Shown here one piece after another: positions 49,318 to 62,512 of a DNA stretch of 64,000 nt. The notes beneath the pieces are model-generated. The model ran no database searches. It had not been told where the DNA came from and saw only the letters and a program-made list of their open reading frames with translations. Origin of the DNA: Vicugna vicugna (lineage: Eukaryota); the NCBI GenBank assembly GCA_013265495.1, contig MU058540.1, positions 2,815,696 to 2,879,695 on the forward strand. The letters run 5' to 3'. The stretch's first letter is position 1. Each line of letters begins with the position of its first letter. Position numbers and translations under genes: made by a program.

Positions 49318-50733
49318 TCAGTTTAAGGCAAATGCCACACAGAGACTGTCTCAGAGACGGGCACAGGACCAGACAGTGTAGAAACACCACCATCATGCAT
49401 GACGGGAAGGGAAGCAGTGTCTGGCAGCAGACAGGGTGGGGCCTGGTCTCCACCCAGGCACGGGAGGTTCAGTGGGCTGAGGAGCCCCATGCGGCAGGAG
49501 AGACTGGCATGCATGACCTGCTCCGCATGTGGGAAAAGGCCGGGCAGCTGGGTGGACCCAGGGGTGAGATCATCTTTCTTGCCTTTCCCACAGCAGAGGC
49601 AGGGGCTTGGGTGCAGACGCCAGAGCCCAAGGCTGAAGGACCAGGGTAGGTTTATGTGATGTGATGGAACAGTGTGACCCTAGAGCCAAGACGGCCTTAA
49701 GGGGTTGCACTGGCAAGGAGGGGGATGGGGCAAGCTGGGTGTGGGAAAATGGACTCTCAGGGCGTCAGAGTTGAAGATTAACCCAGGCTTGTCTGATCAA
49801 TCCTCTTGCCTTACAGATGTGGAAACTGAGACCGTAAAGGTAGACGGGCCTCGCTTGGGTTCCCACAGCAGGCAGGGGCTAGAGGCAGGACTCGCATCCT
49901 CTGTCCCCATGGGGTAGACAGGCAGTGTGGGAGTGCTGGGGCTGGGCTGCTTTTTGCCCAGGCCTCTAGGTGGGCAGCAGAGGAGTGGGCACCAGGGACC
50001 CTGGGATGCCTCTGGGAGAAAAGGGGACGTCTGAAGCCAGGAGCCGACTGCCTGTGAGCCCAGATCAGGGAGAGGCCTGCGGATCTTTGTGTCTAGAACC
50101 AGCGTCATACCGGGCTTGAGAGGCACCTGAAAGAACCCCGTGCCTGAAAAACCTCCATCCCTTGTCCACTGTGTGACCTACATCCACCATCACAGCCTCC
50201 CCTTCATGGGTCTGCAGGACTCCCACTGCATGCAAGGGTTCCAGTGAGGGTTCACATGTTCGGGTACCTGTAAACTCAGCAGCCTCATGGGGTTCATTGG
50301 AAATAGGAACAGGAGAGATACTGGGGTGGGGGTCAGGGGCCAGGTGTAGGAGTAGACACCACAGGAGGAAGGCAGGGAGAAGAGGCCTGGAGGTGGGAGG
50401 CCCAGCCCAGGCTTCTGGGTGATATACCAGATGGGATTACCCAGGTGGGCTGAGGGGGACCCCCATCGTCCTGATTAACATCTTCCTGGCTGGTCCAGAA
50501 CCAGATGTCAGGGAAAGAAGAGACGAGAAGGGGCCCAGATCCCCACCTCTACCACCTGTACCCCCAAACTGGGTGTTTGGGCCATATAGGGAGAAGTCTT
50601 CAGAAGCCCTGCCCCTGGCCAGCTTCCCAGGCACAGGTGTTCCAAAGGCTGGGCTGGGTGGACTGTAGGGGGTCTGGGCACCCTGCCTTCCTTTCTACTG
50701 GACTAAACCCCAGCCATCTGAGCAGACCAGGCT

Positions 50734-50952
50734 TCAGATGTGCGTGTGCAGAGGGGAAGCAGGGGGCGTGCGGGCCGGGGACTCGGGGGCCGAGTGCGCT
50801 GGGGCCATGGGTGGGGAGCGAGGGCGGATGCCCTGCGCCTTCATGTAAGACACCAGCTGGTCCGGGATCTCGGCCAGCACGTCCCGGGCCAGGCGCGCCA
50901 TGCTCAGCACGTGGTTGCCTGTGCGGTCCACGTAGTCCCTGAAGGGCACGAA
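50734..50952 (-). CDS. CPNE5: Copine-5 last coding exon
   Basis: acag|[72 protein letters not shown]; 219 nt. Confidence 0.97.
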   Translation of the reverse strand, partial: FVPFRDYVDRTGNHVLSMARLARDVLAEIPDQLVSYMKAQGIRPRSPPMAPAHSAPESPARTPPASPLHTHI

Positions 50953-52150
50953 CTGTCCAGCGGAGAAGGTAGGGTCAGGTGAGGTCTCCCTCTGGACACC
51001 AGCCCCCCAAATCTCCAGGCCTGGGATCCTGTCCCACTCCTCCCCAGCCTCTGCTCACTTCACTCAAGCCCTCCCCCTCATGATGAATTCCCTGAGGGGC
51101 TACTGTATCATAGTCACTGTTCTTTCATTCATTCAACAAGTAACTTATTGAACACCTAGTCCACGCCAGGATACACCATTGAACAAGATTCCTTAATCTC
51201 TGAAATCCTGGCACCAACCACATGCACTTAGCAGGCACTGAGGAAAAACTGAATGAATCCCATGGCTCCTGGAAAATGGGCCCTCCAGGTCTCCTCTGAC
51301 CTCTCCAGCAGAGCCCTCTCTCTGGCTCTTTGGCCCTGCTTCTCTTTCCTCTCTGGGCCAACTCCTACAGTCAGGCCCCTCTGGCATCCTCCCAGGGGTG
51401 GTCCTTTCAGGGGCGGTGAGGGGTCCACTTCTCCCAGCCCCCTGTGCCTCAGGCTCACTCCTGCTTCCAGGTCTTTGCATACACAGGTCCCACTTCCCAG
51501 GCGGTCCTTGCTCTGGTTTCTAGCCCCCTATCTTTAGTCTCTGCACCTGGAATGACCCTCCCTTCCCTAATTTTTTTTAATCCAGGGGGTATGGGGAATG
51601 TCAGTTCTTTTTTATTCTGAATCTCCTAAGCACTAGGAACTCAGTCTGCAAGAGATTCACAGAGGGATGTGCTTACTGAAGTGCGTTCTGGGGCTTGATT
51701 GGACAGGGATTCCCAGAGGACAAAGACCTGTCTGCTCCTTACATTCGCCATCCAACATGGAGATGCTAAGACACTGATTCAATCAACTGAGCAACGCCCA
51801 TTCTTGGAAGGGGCTGCAGCAACAATAAAGACACTTCCTCCACCTTCACGGGGTTGGCCATCTCATTTAGGAAGGCAGCCCGGCAGAAAACAACAGTAGG
51901 TGCGAGTAATTAGGTGTCTGTGTTCTGCAGGAGACCCTGGAGGCCTGAGGGCTCAGGGAGGGCTTGCAGAGCATTCCTGTCAGGGCAGCACAATGCTAAG
52001 GGTGAGTCTCAGACATGGTAGAGAGGGGTCCAGCCCGAGGACTGACTCCTGTTTCCTTCTAGGCCAGTACCTAGTGCCTCCCTCCAGGGCCCCTTTCCAG
52101 GGAGGTCAGCTCTGGCATTTTCTGTGGGGCAGGCAGGGTCTGGGCTTCAC

Positions 52151-52224
52151 CTGGACAATGTCCCGTTCGGCCAGCTTTCCTCGGGAGGAGATCCGCACGT
52201 CATCACCATCCAGCTCCACCATGG
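52151..52224 (-). CDS. CPNE5: CPNE5 exon (vWA domain)
   Basis: (A)[24 protein letters not shown]|gtgaag; 74 nt. Confidence 0.96.
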
Positions 52225-52658
52225 CTGTGAGGGGAGGGAGGTAGAGGCACAGGGGTGGGTGAACTAATGGTGGGCACCTGGGCCTGACAGGACAGAGACT
52301 GTCGGCCCAGAAGCCCACGTCAGAGATGAAAAAACTGAGGCCAGGAGACGGGAAGAACCCAACCAAGCAAGTCTCTGACTTCCAGCCCAGTGCTCCAGCT
52401 CCCCTACACTCTGCAGGCTCCCAGGTTGGAGAAGGGAAGAGGAAGGCGTGACTCGGGGCCTCCTCCCCACAGCCTTAGGGTGTGGGCATGGGGTGCACAC
52501 CCTGACACACCCCTCTCTGTGCAAACAAACGCACCCTCAACCCTGCCTGCTCACCCAGACAGTCGCACACACCTGGGCGTGAGCTCTCACTCTTTGGGAG
52601 GGATCGTTTTCAAGGGCCTGAAGCCTCTGGGGAAACACGTAGGGGGATGGGGACTCAC

Positions 52659-52716
52659 CGTCGAACTCCGCCTGGCCCACGCCGATGATGATGATGGACA
52701 TGGGGAGTTTGGCAGC
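52659..52716 (-). CDS. CPNE5: CPNE5 exon (vWA domain)
   Basis: AAKLPMSIIIIGVGQAEFD G|gtgagt; 58 nt. Confidence 0.96.
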
Positions 52717-53483
52717 CTGGGAGACAGCATGAACGGTGTGGGGTGGACCCAGCCAAGAAGGAGGTTATGGGACAGGAAGAGGTGGGTCAAAAGAAGAAAG
52801 GCAGGAGGACAGGGAAGAAATGGAGGAGAAAAGGATAGAGACACACAGAAACACAGAAAAAGGAGGAAGAGAGAAGGGGAGGAGAGAAGGAGCCAGGAAT
52901 ACAGACCAAAGGAAACGGAGGTGGGGGCACCAGAGAGGAAGAGGGAATCGAGAGGGAGGGAGGCAGAGGGGGAAACGGGTCACAGGTCTGCTTCTTCAAA
53001 ACACTCCCATTCCTTCTTCTGCCTCTGGGCCCCTATCATGTGGGACATCTTTTATGTGGGCCTGGAGGGAGGACCAGCTGTGGCTGGGGCCCCTGTACAG
53101 GGAGACCACCCAGTAAGGGGAGCCATGTTCCAGGCCTCCCCGACTCTGGACTTTCTCTACGAGGCCAAGCCGGGTTGGGTGGGATCTGGCTGGGGCAGCA
53201 GTCCTAGAGATGGTTAATGAGGGAGCGATGGGCGTCTGGAGGGAGTGGACCACCCAGTGTGATGAAGAGGTGGGTCCAGAGCTCACCAGCCAAATTCTTC
53301 ATCAGCCGGCACCCCCTCCACATACCAAACCCTACTGCTGGCCCTCTAGACTCTACAGCAAGAAGCCAAGAGTGGTCCCAAAGAGGGCAGGGAGAACAGA
53401 AGCCATGCCCTAAAGGTTTCCCTAAAGGAAGGAGGGAAGCACACCTTTGGGCTCCCCATCTCTCCACCCCAACCCCTGCTCAC

Positions 53484-53586
53484 GTTGACGATAGCCTCCT
53501 TGGTCTGCGCCATGTCCGAGATGACCCCATCCGTGATGATGAGCAGCACCGAGTACTGGGAGCCATCCTGCACTGTGGCCGCGTTC
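53484..53586 (-). CDS. CPNE5: CPNE5 exon (vWA domain)
   Basis: [34 protein letters not shown]|gtgagc; 103 nt. Confidence 0.96.
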
Positions 53587-53828
53587 CTGGGGCAGGGCGG
53601 GGGCAGAGATCTGTCTGGCAGGGCTGTGGGCATGTCATCCCCACCCCCAAAACAAGGACCCTTAACACTTTGGTGGGGACAGCTCTTTGGCAGGAGGGGG
53701 TTTCTTTAGTGTCAGATCTCCCTGAAAAGTGGGGAAAGACGCTCCCTCCTGCCTTCCTGAGAGGACAGGGGTGGGAGGAAGCACCTTCTGAACTCTTGGG
53801 ATGAGTGTCCAGTGACCTCCGCACTCAC

Positions 53829-53956
53829 CTGGCCACATGGGTGACCACGGGGGCGAAGTTGGTGGGGCCGTAGAGCTGCACAGTGCGCAGGCTGTGGTGG
53901 TAGGCCTCCAGGATGCCATCGATGCCGCAGCACGAGGGGTTCTCCTGGTTGCCGTT
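53829..53956 (-). CDS. CPNE5: CPNE5 exon (vWA domain)
   Basis: [44 protein letters not shown]|gtgagt; 128 nt. Confidence 0.96.
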
Positions 53957-54830
53957 CTGGGGGCACAGAGGGTGGGAGGCTAAGCCCAGGAAGGAAGGAT
54001 TGCAGCTGGGTGGTCTGTGGGGGCAGAGTCAGGATGGGGGAGCCCAGCAGGCCTGGGGTCTCCTAGACTCTTCTCTGGTAGGGGCAGGGGGTGGGGGGTC
54101 AGGGAAGGGATCCTCCTGGGCCCATCCTGAAGGGCAGTGCATGCTCAGGGGAAGCAGAGTCCAGACCTGCTCCTTGCCCTACTCCCGGTCGCTGCTCAGA
54201 CAGCTCCTTCCTCCCCCAACCCAGAGCCCTGATTGCTTCCCTTAGGGAACCTCTGGCAAACCCATCCCAAAATGACTGCATGGTCTGAGCTGCTCTGGAA
54301 GGGCCAGGGGCTGATCCATCCTCCTGTGTCCTGTGCCCAGCACAGTGGCTGGCACTCCACAGGCACTGAGGGATGCTGGCTATGAGTGATCCAGCAATGT
54401 ACTCAATGTCCCCAGCTCATGGGAGGGAGGGAGAGGAGGTGGCCTTAGAAGCCATCTCCACAAAGCCCTCATCTCAGCACCAACTCAGGGACTTCCTGGA
54501 ATCACCTGCTATTGTCCATACCCAACCCACACCCCCTTCTCCTCATTTCTGGGGCCTTGGGGAATAGTTCAGTCTCACCTCCACCCCACCTCCACCTGGC
54601 TCTTGTTAGGAAAAGGAAGCCAGAGCTCACTGTGGGTGACTTCAGACATGGAGGGGAAGTGCTTGTGACCAAGGTGGGGAGTAGGTTCCTGGAACCTCTG
54701 ATACAAGCCCTCCTCCCCACAGCAGGCAGCCTACCCTTACAAAGGCTGCACCTTAAGTCCCCAGGCAGGGAGGATGGGGAACGTCCCCAACCCCAGGCTT
54801 GTCACCACACCCCAGCCTGGTCAGCCCTCA

Positions 54831-55091
<261 letters not shown>

Positions 55092-56698
55092 TCAGAATAT
55101 AGTTTCTTTATTTACCCTTGACTCCTTTCTTTCTCTCTTACTGCACATTCAATCCTTTAGCAAACTGTGCCTGCTAGATCTTCGAAATATATCCAGAATC
55201 CCACCTGCTTATCCCCTCCTTCAAGATACCGCCACCATCTGGCCTGTAGGATTATAGCAACCTCCTAACTGATCTCCCTGCTTCCACCCTTGTGCCTGCT
55301 GTCCCTCCATACTCGGCACACTAGCCTCAGAGACCCTGCAAACCTCAGGCAGCGAATCACACCTCTTCTCTGCTCAAAATGCCCCAATGCTCCCATTGCA
55401 CCCAGAACAAAATCCAAGGTCCTTATAAGGGCCCACAAGGGCCCACAAGGCCCCACCTGATCTGGCCTCCAGTTACTTTTCTCCTCATCTCCTACCATCC
55501 TCTCTGTCACTCACTCAGTCCCAGTCTCTTGTCACTCCCACCTCAGGGCGTTGGCAATAGCAATTCCCTCTGCTCTGGGATACTTTTCCACAGATGTGCA
55601 CATGGCTTGCTCTCTCACCTCTTCAGGTCTGTACTCCAGGGTACCATTCTCAACATGGCCTTCCCTGAGCGGCCTATTGAAAGTTACAGCCTCCCCCGGT
55701 ACTCCCTACCCTGCTTCCTGGCTTGATTTTTCACTACTATTGTCCATGTTTTAGTTACCTGTTTATTAATGAGAGGCAGTACAGCACAGACTGCCAACAT
55801 ATTAATCCTCTCTTTACCTCCTCCTAGCTGTGTGATCTTGGATAGATGTTGGTTAAGAAACCACTCATCTGTTGAACTGGGGTAATAATAGTCCCTAACT
55901 CATAGGATTGTTGTGAGGATTAAACAGATGCTATTATCATAGCTCTCCTTATTGTTATCATTACTAAGGCCCCTCCCAGCTCTGACATCCCACCACTCTG
56001 TGACGGTAGGGCCTGCAGCCCTGAGAGGACACACCTGCAGAGGGTAAGACCTGGGCATTTTCTGACTGGCATAAAAATGAGCATTAAGCATGAATAACTA
56101 GGGTCCAGTACCCAAGGAAGGCTGTGATGTGTCCAATAGTGTAAAGTTTGGCATTGATTGCTCCTGGCCACTTGGTCACAGCCCGACACTGGAGAAGGTC
56201 AGAAGAGGGGAGGAAGTGGGGACAGCCTGAGCAAGGGGGACGACTGGAGCTGCTGAGCTGCATTCCTGCCCTCACTGAGGACCACAGAGCTCCATCCTGA
56301 CTCTGGTTCTCCCTTCCAGTCTGTGGGTTGGACTGCACAGGGGATGTGCAATTTGATACTGTGAGGAAACACCTCTACTCCAGGGCTCTCCATAGGGCCA
56401 GAACAGCTGTCCCATTCCCCCAGGGAGACTGGGTATCCTCGAGGACAAGGCTGGCTCAGGGTATATGGGCCCAGAGCCCAGATTTGTTAGTGACCATGAT
56501 CCAATCTGGGGATACTTTCGCCACCTTGATTGTATCTTTGGTTCTCCAGGCTTAAGTTCCCTCTCTTCGGTGAGGATGAGTCCAGAGAGTATGGGAGACC
56601 TGCCTCCTAGCTAGAGCCAACCACCACAGCCCTGAAAAACCCTCCCCTTTCCAGATCCCCGGCCCTCATTCAGCTCCTCTGCCCATCCCCTCACTCAC

Positions 56699-56745
56699 CA
56701 TTGGAGGCCGTGAAATCAATGGCCACTGTGAAGTTGATCTGGGTC
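56699..56745 (-). CDS. CPNE5: CPNE5 exon (vWA start, DFTASN)
   Basis: ctag|TQINFTVAIDFTASN G|gtgagt; 47 nt. Confidence 0.96.
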
Positions 56746-58019
56746 CTAGAAGAGGGAGAACAGCAGGTGAGTTACCTGGACAGAGGGAGGGCTGTGGGGA
56801 GGGTGAATCACACTGGACAGGGAGTGAGAAACCTGGCTCCCACCCCAGCCCCACTGCTTGCCAGGTGTGTAGCCTTGGTGAAGTTACTCATCTCCTTCTA
56901 GTTCTGGAAAACTGGAGTAGTAACACCAGCCACACCCTCCCCCAAAGGAGTGCTGTTAGCATCGAAAGAGTTAGGCAGTGTGAAAGCCCTTTGAAGATGA
57001 TTATTTCTGTTGGGCACATGGCTGTGGCTACTTTTTCCCTTTCCAAACCCTGCCCTTTGGCCCACCTGAGGCCAGGGAAGTAGGGTCTCACCGTACTCCT
57101 GGCTCAAATTTGGAGTCAGATTCAGCGTTAAATCTTATTTGGCAAAAAAAGAAAGACAGATAGGCATTGTGCATCTCCTGAGGGAAGAACAAAACACCAC
57201 CCATTTAGTTGTCTTGCCAAAAAAATTGAACCTGAATCCAACGGAGCTTCCAGAACTATCTACCAGTTTACAGGCAACACAGAGGACAGAGGAATATGTT
57301 AAATGACACCATAGAGGATGCAGCCAGTAGAAGCCAGTCTGGGGGAAATTCTGTAGGGGCGCCCGTGGATCAGCACCATCAGGATCACTTGGGGGTTTGT
57401 GAGGAGTCTCAGGCCCCCTGGAGACCTACTGCATCAGAATACCTTGGTGGGGTGCAGGAATCTTAGCAAAACTTTCGGGTGCTCGGGGAAACCACTAGAT
57501 GACAAGATAATTATGAGACAAATCAATCAATTGCAATATATGGGTCTTGCCTTGATTTCTGATTCAAATAAGCGAGTTAAAAAACATTATAAGACAATGG
57601 GGGAAATTTGAACTGATTATAGTTGGTATTAAGGAACTACTCAATTTTTAGGTGTGATTATCATACTTTGGTTATATTTTACAAAGAGAAAGTCCTTATA
57701 TTTTAGAGATACATCCTGAAGTAATTGAGGGGTGAGATATGATATCTGGGATTTGCCTCAAAATAATCAGAGGAAAGGGAGAGTGCGTGGAACAAGATCA
57801 GCCATGAGTTGGTATTTGTTGAATCTGACTGGAGGGTACTTGGGGACTCATTATATTTTCTCTTCACTTACGCGTGCATTTGGAATTTTTCCACAATAAA
57901 AAGTTAGGCTTTGAAGGTTCAGATTCAGGGTTAAAACTTTCTGAGGGTTTGGTTGTTCTAGATTCTGTGCCAGATGCTGATAGAACAAAGCTGACAAGAC
58001 ACGAACCCCTGATAAAGTC

Positions 58020-58212
58020 TAGCTGTGATTCTCACATGCAGTGAGAGTCAACAGGGGAGCTTGTTTAAAAAGATCCCAGGGCCCCACTCCTGGGGATGCC
58101 AATTTAGTCAGTCTGTGATGGGGCCCCAGAATCTGCTTCTTCAATAAACATTCCTTGCCCTCATGCAGGGGTTCTAAGGAGGGGTTCTGGGATCACACTT
58201 GGGGAAACTGTT
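58020..58212. mobile_element. MER5-like hAT DNA transposon relic
   Basis: ggggagcttgtttaaaaagatcccagggccccac...gggccccagaatctgc...cacacttggggaaactg. Confidence 0.6.
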
Positions 58213-60618
58213 CTGGTGGCTCTGAGTTTTGGCTAGGGATGATGTAAGATGAGGCAGGGCTCACCTGACCTGCATTTAGCAGATGGTCCCTCTCAGAAAC
58301 CACAGCCCTCTCTCCACTTGATCACAGCTGAGCTGCTGCTCATGGACCCTTCAATCCCCAGGAAGAGTGAGGGACATGGTTAGCAGGAGACCTAAGCCAG
58401 CATCGGCTGGCCAGATAGTCCTCCCCACACTCTTTCCCCCTCACCTGCTGCCTGTGGGCAGAGCATCCAGTAGACTGAAAGCTCTGAGGGAGGAACCATA
58501 GGATGGCAAGAGCCTGGGTCCTTGAATAACTGTGTGGAGGACCTCCCCATCCATGCCTGCCACCCCACAAATGAAAAATAAGACTTTATTTGTATGAAGT
58601 CTTGAGGTCGGAGGAATTATTTGTTACAGCAGTTGACCTATCCTATTCATCTGCTGTTGTCAACTCTATGTGCAGAATACAGAGACTATGTCTTTGTTAG
58701 AGGAAGGGAGACATCTGGAGGGTAAGAGCCCTGCTCCTGGGGCCACCCTTGGGAGGGCGGTTCTGGCTGGCAGGACTACAGCTGAGGGACATCACTGGCC
58801 TGGCTCTTCCAAATAAAGGGTGAGGAGGGAGGCAGGCTTGACTCCTTAAGTACTCTTCCCCTGCTCTGGGATCTGAAATGGCTCAGGGAAGGAAGGGGCT
58901 GGAAAACAGGTATTTTTGTGGGAAAGTTACTCCCTTCAGGCTTGCCTTTCCTGCCTAAGGGCCAAACGCAGGCTGCTGAGCAACCAGCTTCATCTCTGAT
59001 TCTGATGTGGGAGCAGAGGTGCCCATACCCTTCCTCCTGGGCCAGGTGGGCGAGGAAGGGAGGCCAGGGAGGAGAAGATCTCTAGATATATGCCTGCCTG
59101 GACATGCACACTGGCCTCTCACTCCCTGAAGCCAGCTTTCTCACTCAGGTTCTCCAGAGTGTGAGGAGAGGGGCGGGGCAGGGCCAGGGCTTGCAGCAGC
59201 CTGGCCTCCATGAGCTCCTTCTGGATGAGACGATGAGACAATGAGACGTCACAGCACCCAGCCCTTCAACTCCTTAGTCTCCATCACACCCCACCTAGTA
59301 GCTTCAAGGTGGGCAGGACCAGGATTATTCATCACTATGGAAAAAATACAGCATTTGGTGACAGAAGAAACCCTGCCACTGGTTAGGCGTGCGGCCTCGG
59401 GCATGTTATGCAAAATAGACATAAACATCTCTACACAGCCTGCTGGGTTCTTAAACTGGGGGCACTATGCAAATGAGAAGGATAAACAGGATGAAGATTG
59501 TTTGAAAATTATCATTGCTGAATAGGATAGGCAATGGAGCAGTTTTGATGGGGGAAGGGAGCAAGGGCAGAGACTGGATAGGCTGGGAGGAAGCGCAGGG
59601 AGGCCCCTGCATGACTGCAGGAAGGGTATGAGATTGGCGGGTAGAAAGAGAGCTTGAAACCTGGAAACTGTAGGCTCAAGGCAGCAGGGAGCATGTCATG
59701 GGAGAGTGAGTGTGGCTTCCCAGGGCCTCACTTTTCCCTCTGCCCTGGAGAACCAGGCAGCCAAGTGCCCGCTTGGCTGGGATGATCCTTTGGCAGCTGC
59801 CCTGCCTGTCTCCTTCCCAGACAGGTGTAATCACTCACCTGCCTGCACCTGTGAGTTCTCGGCTACCCACACCCTGCCCTGGCATCTGTCCTGGCAGGGA
59901 GCATGCTGGGCAGGACCTCACCTCAGAATCAGGCTCCTTTTTTTTGAGCTACTGGCTGGAGCCACCAGGCTGCTCTGCCCACCTCGTCCTGGATGTTGAC
60001 CCTTCTGGGTCTTCCTGCTCCTTAAACTTGTGTTTGACCATCCCCTGGCTCATCCTCCAAATCCTCCTGCCCCTTGTATAAGTCTCTGATGATACTGGGC
60101 AGGCTAATTACTGACTCCACAGGTATCAGAAGCTCAGAGCAGGAAGGAACCTTAGAACTCACTATTTCCAACCACTTTGTGTGCCGGGGAGGAGAAACTG
60201 ATGTCCAGGGAGGGAAAGTGACTTGTCCAAAGTAATCCAGCAAATTCACAGCAAAGAGAGGCCTAGAGCCTGGGCCCCATGACTCTTAGTCCACGGCTCT
60301 TTCCGTCTCCCTAAGTCCTTGGGAGCTCTCTCTGTCACGGAGTCCCTACCACCTGAAGTCCCATCTGCACAGGAGCCTCACATGAACCAGGCTGGCCTCT
60401 GTAGCTCAGGAGTGCCCTCTGCAGCCCTTCAGATTCCAGGAAAATGCAGGGCTCTGGGCAAGTTTGAGCCCAGACATGGGGGTCTGCTCAGAGCCCACGA
60501 TCACAGGCTTCCGCCAGGGCCTCAAAAAGGCCAGGTGGGACCAGAGCTGCTCATGTCAATGTGTGGGGCCCCTTCCCTCTCCCCGAGGCCAAAGAAACCA
60601 GGCAGTATCTCTTCTCAC

Positions 60619-60680
60619 CCTCCTTTGATATAGTCAAGAAATGTGCACTCTGACTCCACAGCAAAGGAAAGCAGCGTGAC
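60619..60680 (-). CDS. CPNE5: CPNE5 exon
   Basis: aag|VTLLSFAVESECTFLDYIKG GG|gtgaga; 62 nt. Confidence 0.96.
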
Positions 60681-62304
60681 CTTGAAAACAAAAAAGAGCT
60701 TGGTTAGTAGAAGAGCTTTGCTGACAGTTACAGGGCACTCAGCATGTGCCAGGTTTGCATACATCATTGCAAACAGTGAAAACAACAATTCTATGAGGTA
60801 CTAATATTATCCCCATTTTACAGCCAAGGGAACTGAAGCTCAAAGAAGTGATGCATTGTGTCCAAGGATACAGCCAAGACATGGCCAGCTGAGATAGGAA
60901 CCCAGAGCCTGCACTCTTGACTTTGATGCCAAACTGCATCCTAGAAGAGCCCTGTCTCTGTCACTGGAGTACGGGCGCTCAAGCCAAGGAACTGAGTTTC
61001 TCCTAAGTGGACACCAGTGTGGAATGGCGGGGGGCGGGGGATGCCTTCCTGACAAGGCCTAAGATCTGCCGATGCTGACAAGCTCCATGCTTCCATGTTC
61101 TGCTATTAATCCTGAAACGTGCCTCTTTGGTTTGCACTTGTTCCACGTCATCCCTCTAGAATCTCTTGATCTCTATCCTCTAAGGCGCAAGACTATCATA
61201 AGCAGCCTGTCCTCTCCCTGGAGGTAACTGAGTACCTGGGGCCTCCTCTCTCAAGCAGAGGCCTCTTGACCTATGCCCCTGGCAGTTCTGGCATCAGCTT
61301 TGCCCAGACAGGCAGCTACCTGGCAGCTCATTACGATAACGGTTTAGTATTGTGGAAACAAGTGAAAGCCTGGCAGCTGAAATCAATTGAATGAGGCAGG
61401 ATTGGGGCAGGGGGAGTTTTACCTATGTCAGGGAACTCCACTCTAGGATTTGGGGCACCCCCGCAATTGGTGTAGATTCAGTCATCTTTATCAGCTCACT
61501 GGGTAGGCCAGGCAGGGCTTCTGCTTGACAAAACAGATAAGCCACTAGCCTGAATGATGGGAGGGTCTGTGAGTACTGAGCTGGGCCTTGGAGATCCCTA
61601 CCCACTGTGGTTATGGTGTTAGGCACCTGGATGGACTATGGCAGTGGCCTCTACACTGACTGATGATCATTAGACTTCCTGGGGAGTTTTTAAAACATCT
61701 TACAGCCAGAGTGAGGACCCCAAACCAATTACTTCACTGGGGGAGGGCTCTGGCCCTGGATCTTTTTTTTTTTACATGAGTCTAACCTGCAGCCAGGGTT
61801 AAATCACACCCTCCAGGCCCTGGGATGAAGCAATTGCCTAACTTGCCTGGCCATATGGATTTACCCAGAGACTTGCTACTCAAAGTGTAATCCTCGGACC
61901 AGCAGCATCAAAATCACCTTGATGCTGGGTAGAAATGTAGATTCTTGGCATTTTAACAAGATCCCCAGGAGATGCTGGACATCTCCAGTAAGATATGAGA
62001 AGCACTAAATACAGGTTCCTGGGCCCCAGCCTGGGTTTCCTAAAAGAGAACCCCAGGGAACTAGCCTAAGCACCTGCATTTCAGTAAGCCCTGGATCCTG
62101 AGTGATTTTTTACGGTAAAAATAGGGAAATGCCGGAGAAAGGGGAAAGTCGGGAGACCTTGGCTGGGTCCTGCTCTGTCCCTAACATACTATGTTCACCT
62201 GAGACAAATCACATTCTTCTCTGGGCCTCAGTTTCTTTATCTCTAAAGAAAGCTGGATGAGAGCAGTGGTTTTCAAACTTTTTTTTTTTAGATTGTACAT
62301 CTAG

Positions 62305-62512
62305 TATTTCTCAGCTGGGGAAGGTGCTGCCTCCCATAGGGGCATTTAGGAATGTGTGGGAGAGCTTTGGGAGGGTCTCATGATGACTGGGGCTCTACTG
62401 CTAGCTATGGGCTGAGGCCAGGGGTGCTAAGCATCCCACCAGGTATGGGGAAGTCCTGTGAGAATTATTCTGCCCCAAATGCTGACAGCATCCTCACTGA
62501 AAAACACTGCAG
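62305..62512. mobile_element. MER20-like hAT relic
   Basis: tttctcagctgggg...ggggcatttaggaatgtgtgg...gaggccaggggtgctaagcatcc...ctgccccaaatgctgacagc...tgaaaaacactg. Confidence 0.55.

Noticed and set aside
52390..53804. Long + strand ORFs (275 aa and 195 aa)
   Set aside because: They are antisense to CPNE5 exons and purine-rich low-complexity intron, with no domain signature.
55427..55456. Short 10-bp tandem repeat (aagggcccac)
   Set aside because: Ordinary slippage within an L2 relic; it is not an array with spacers.
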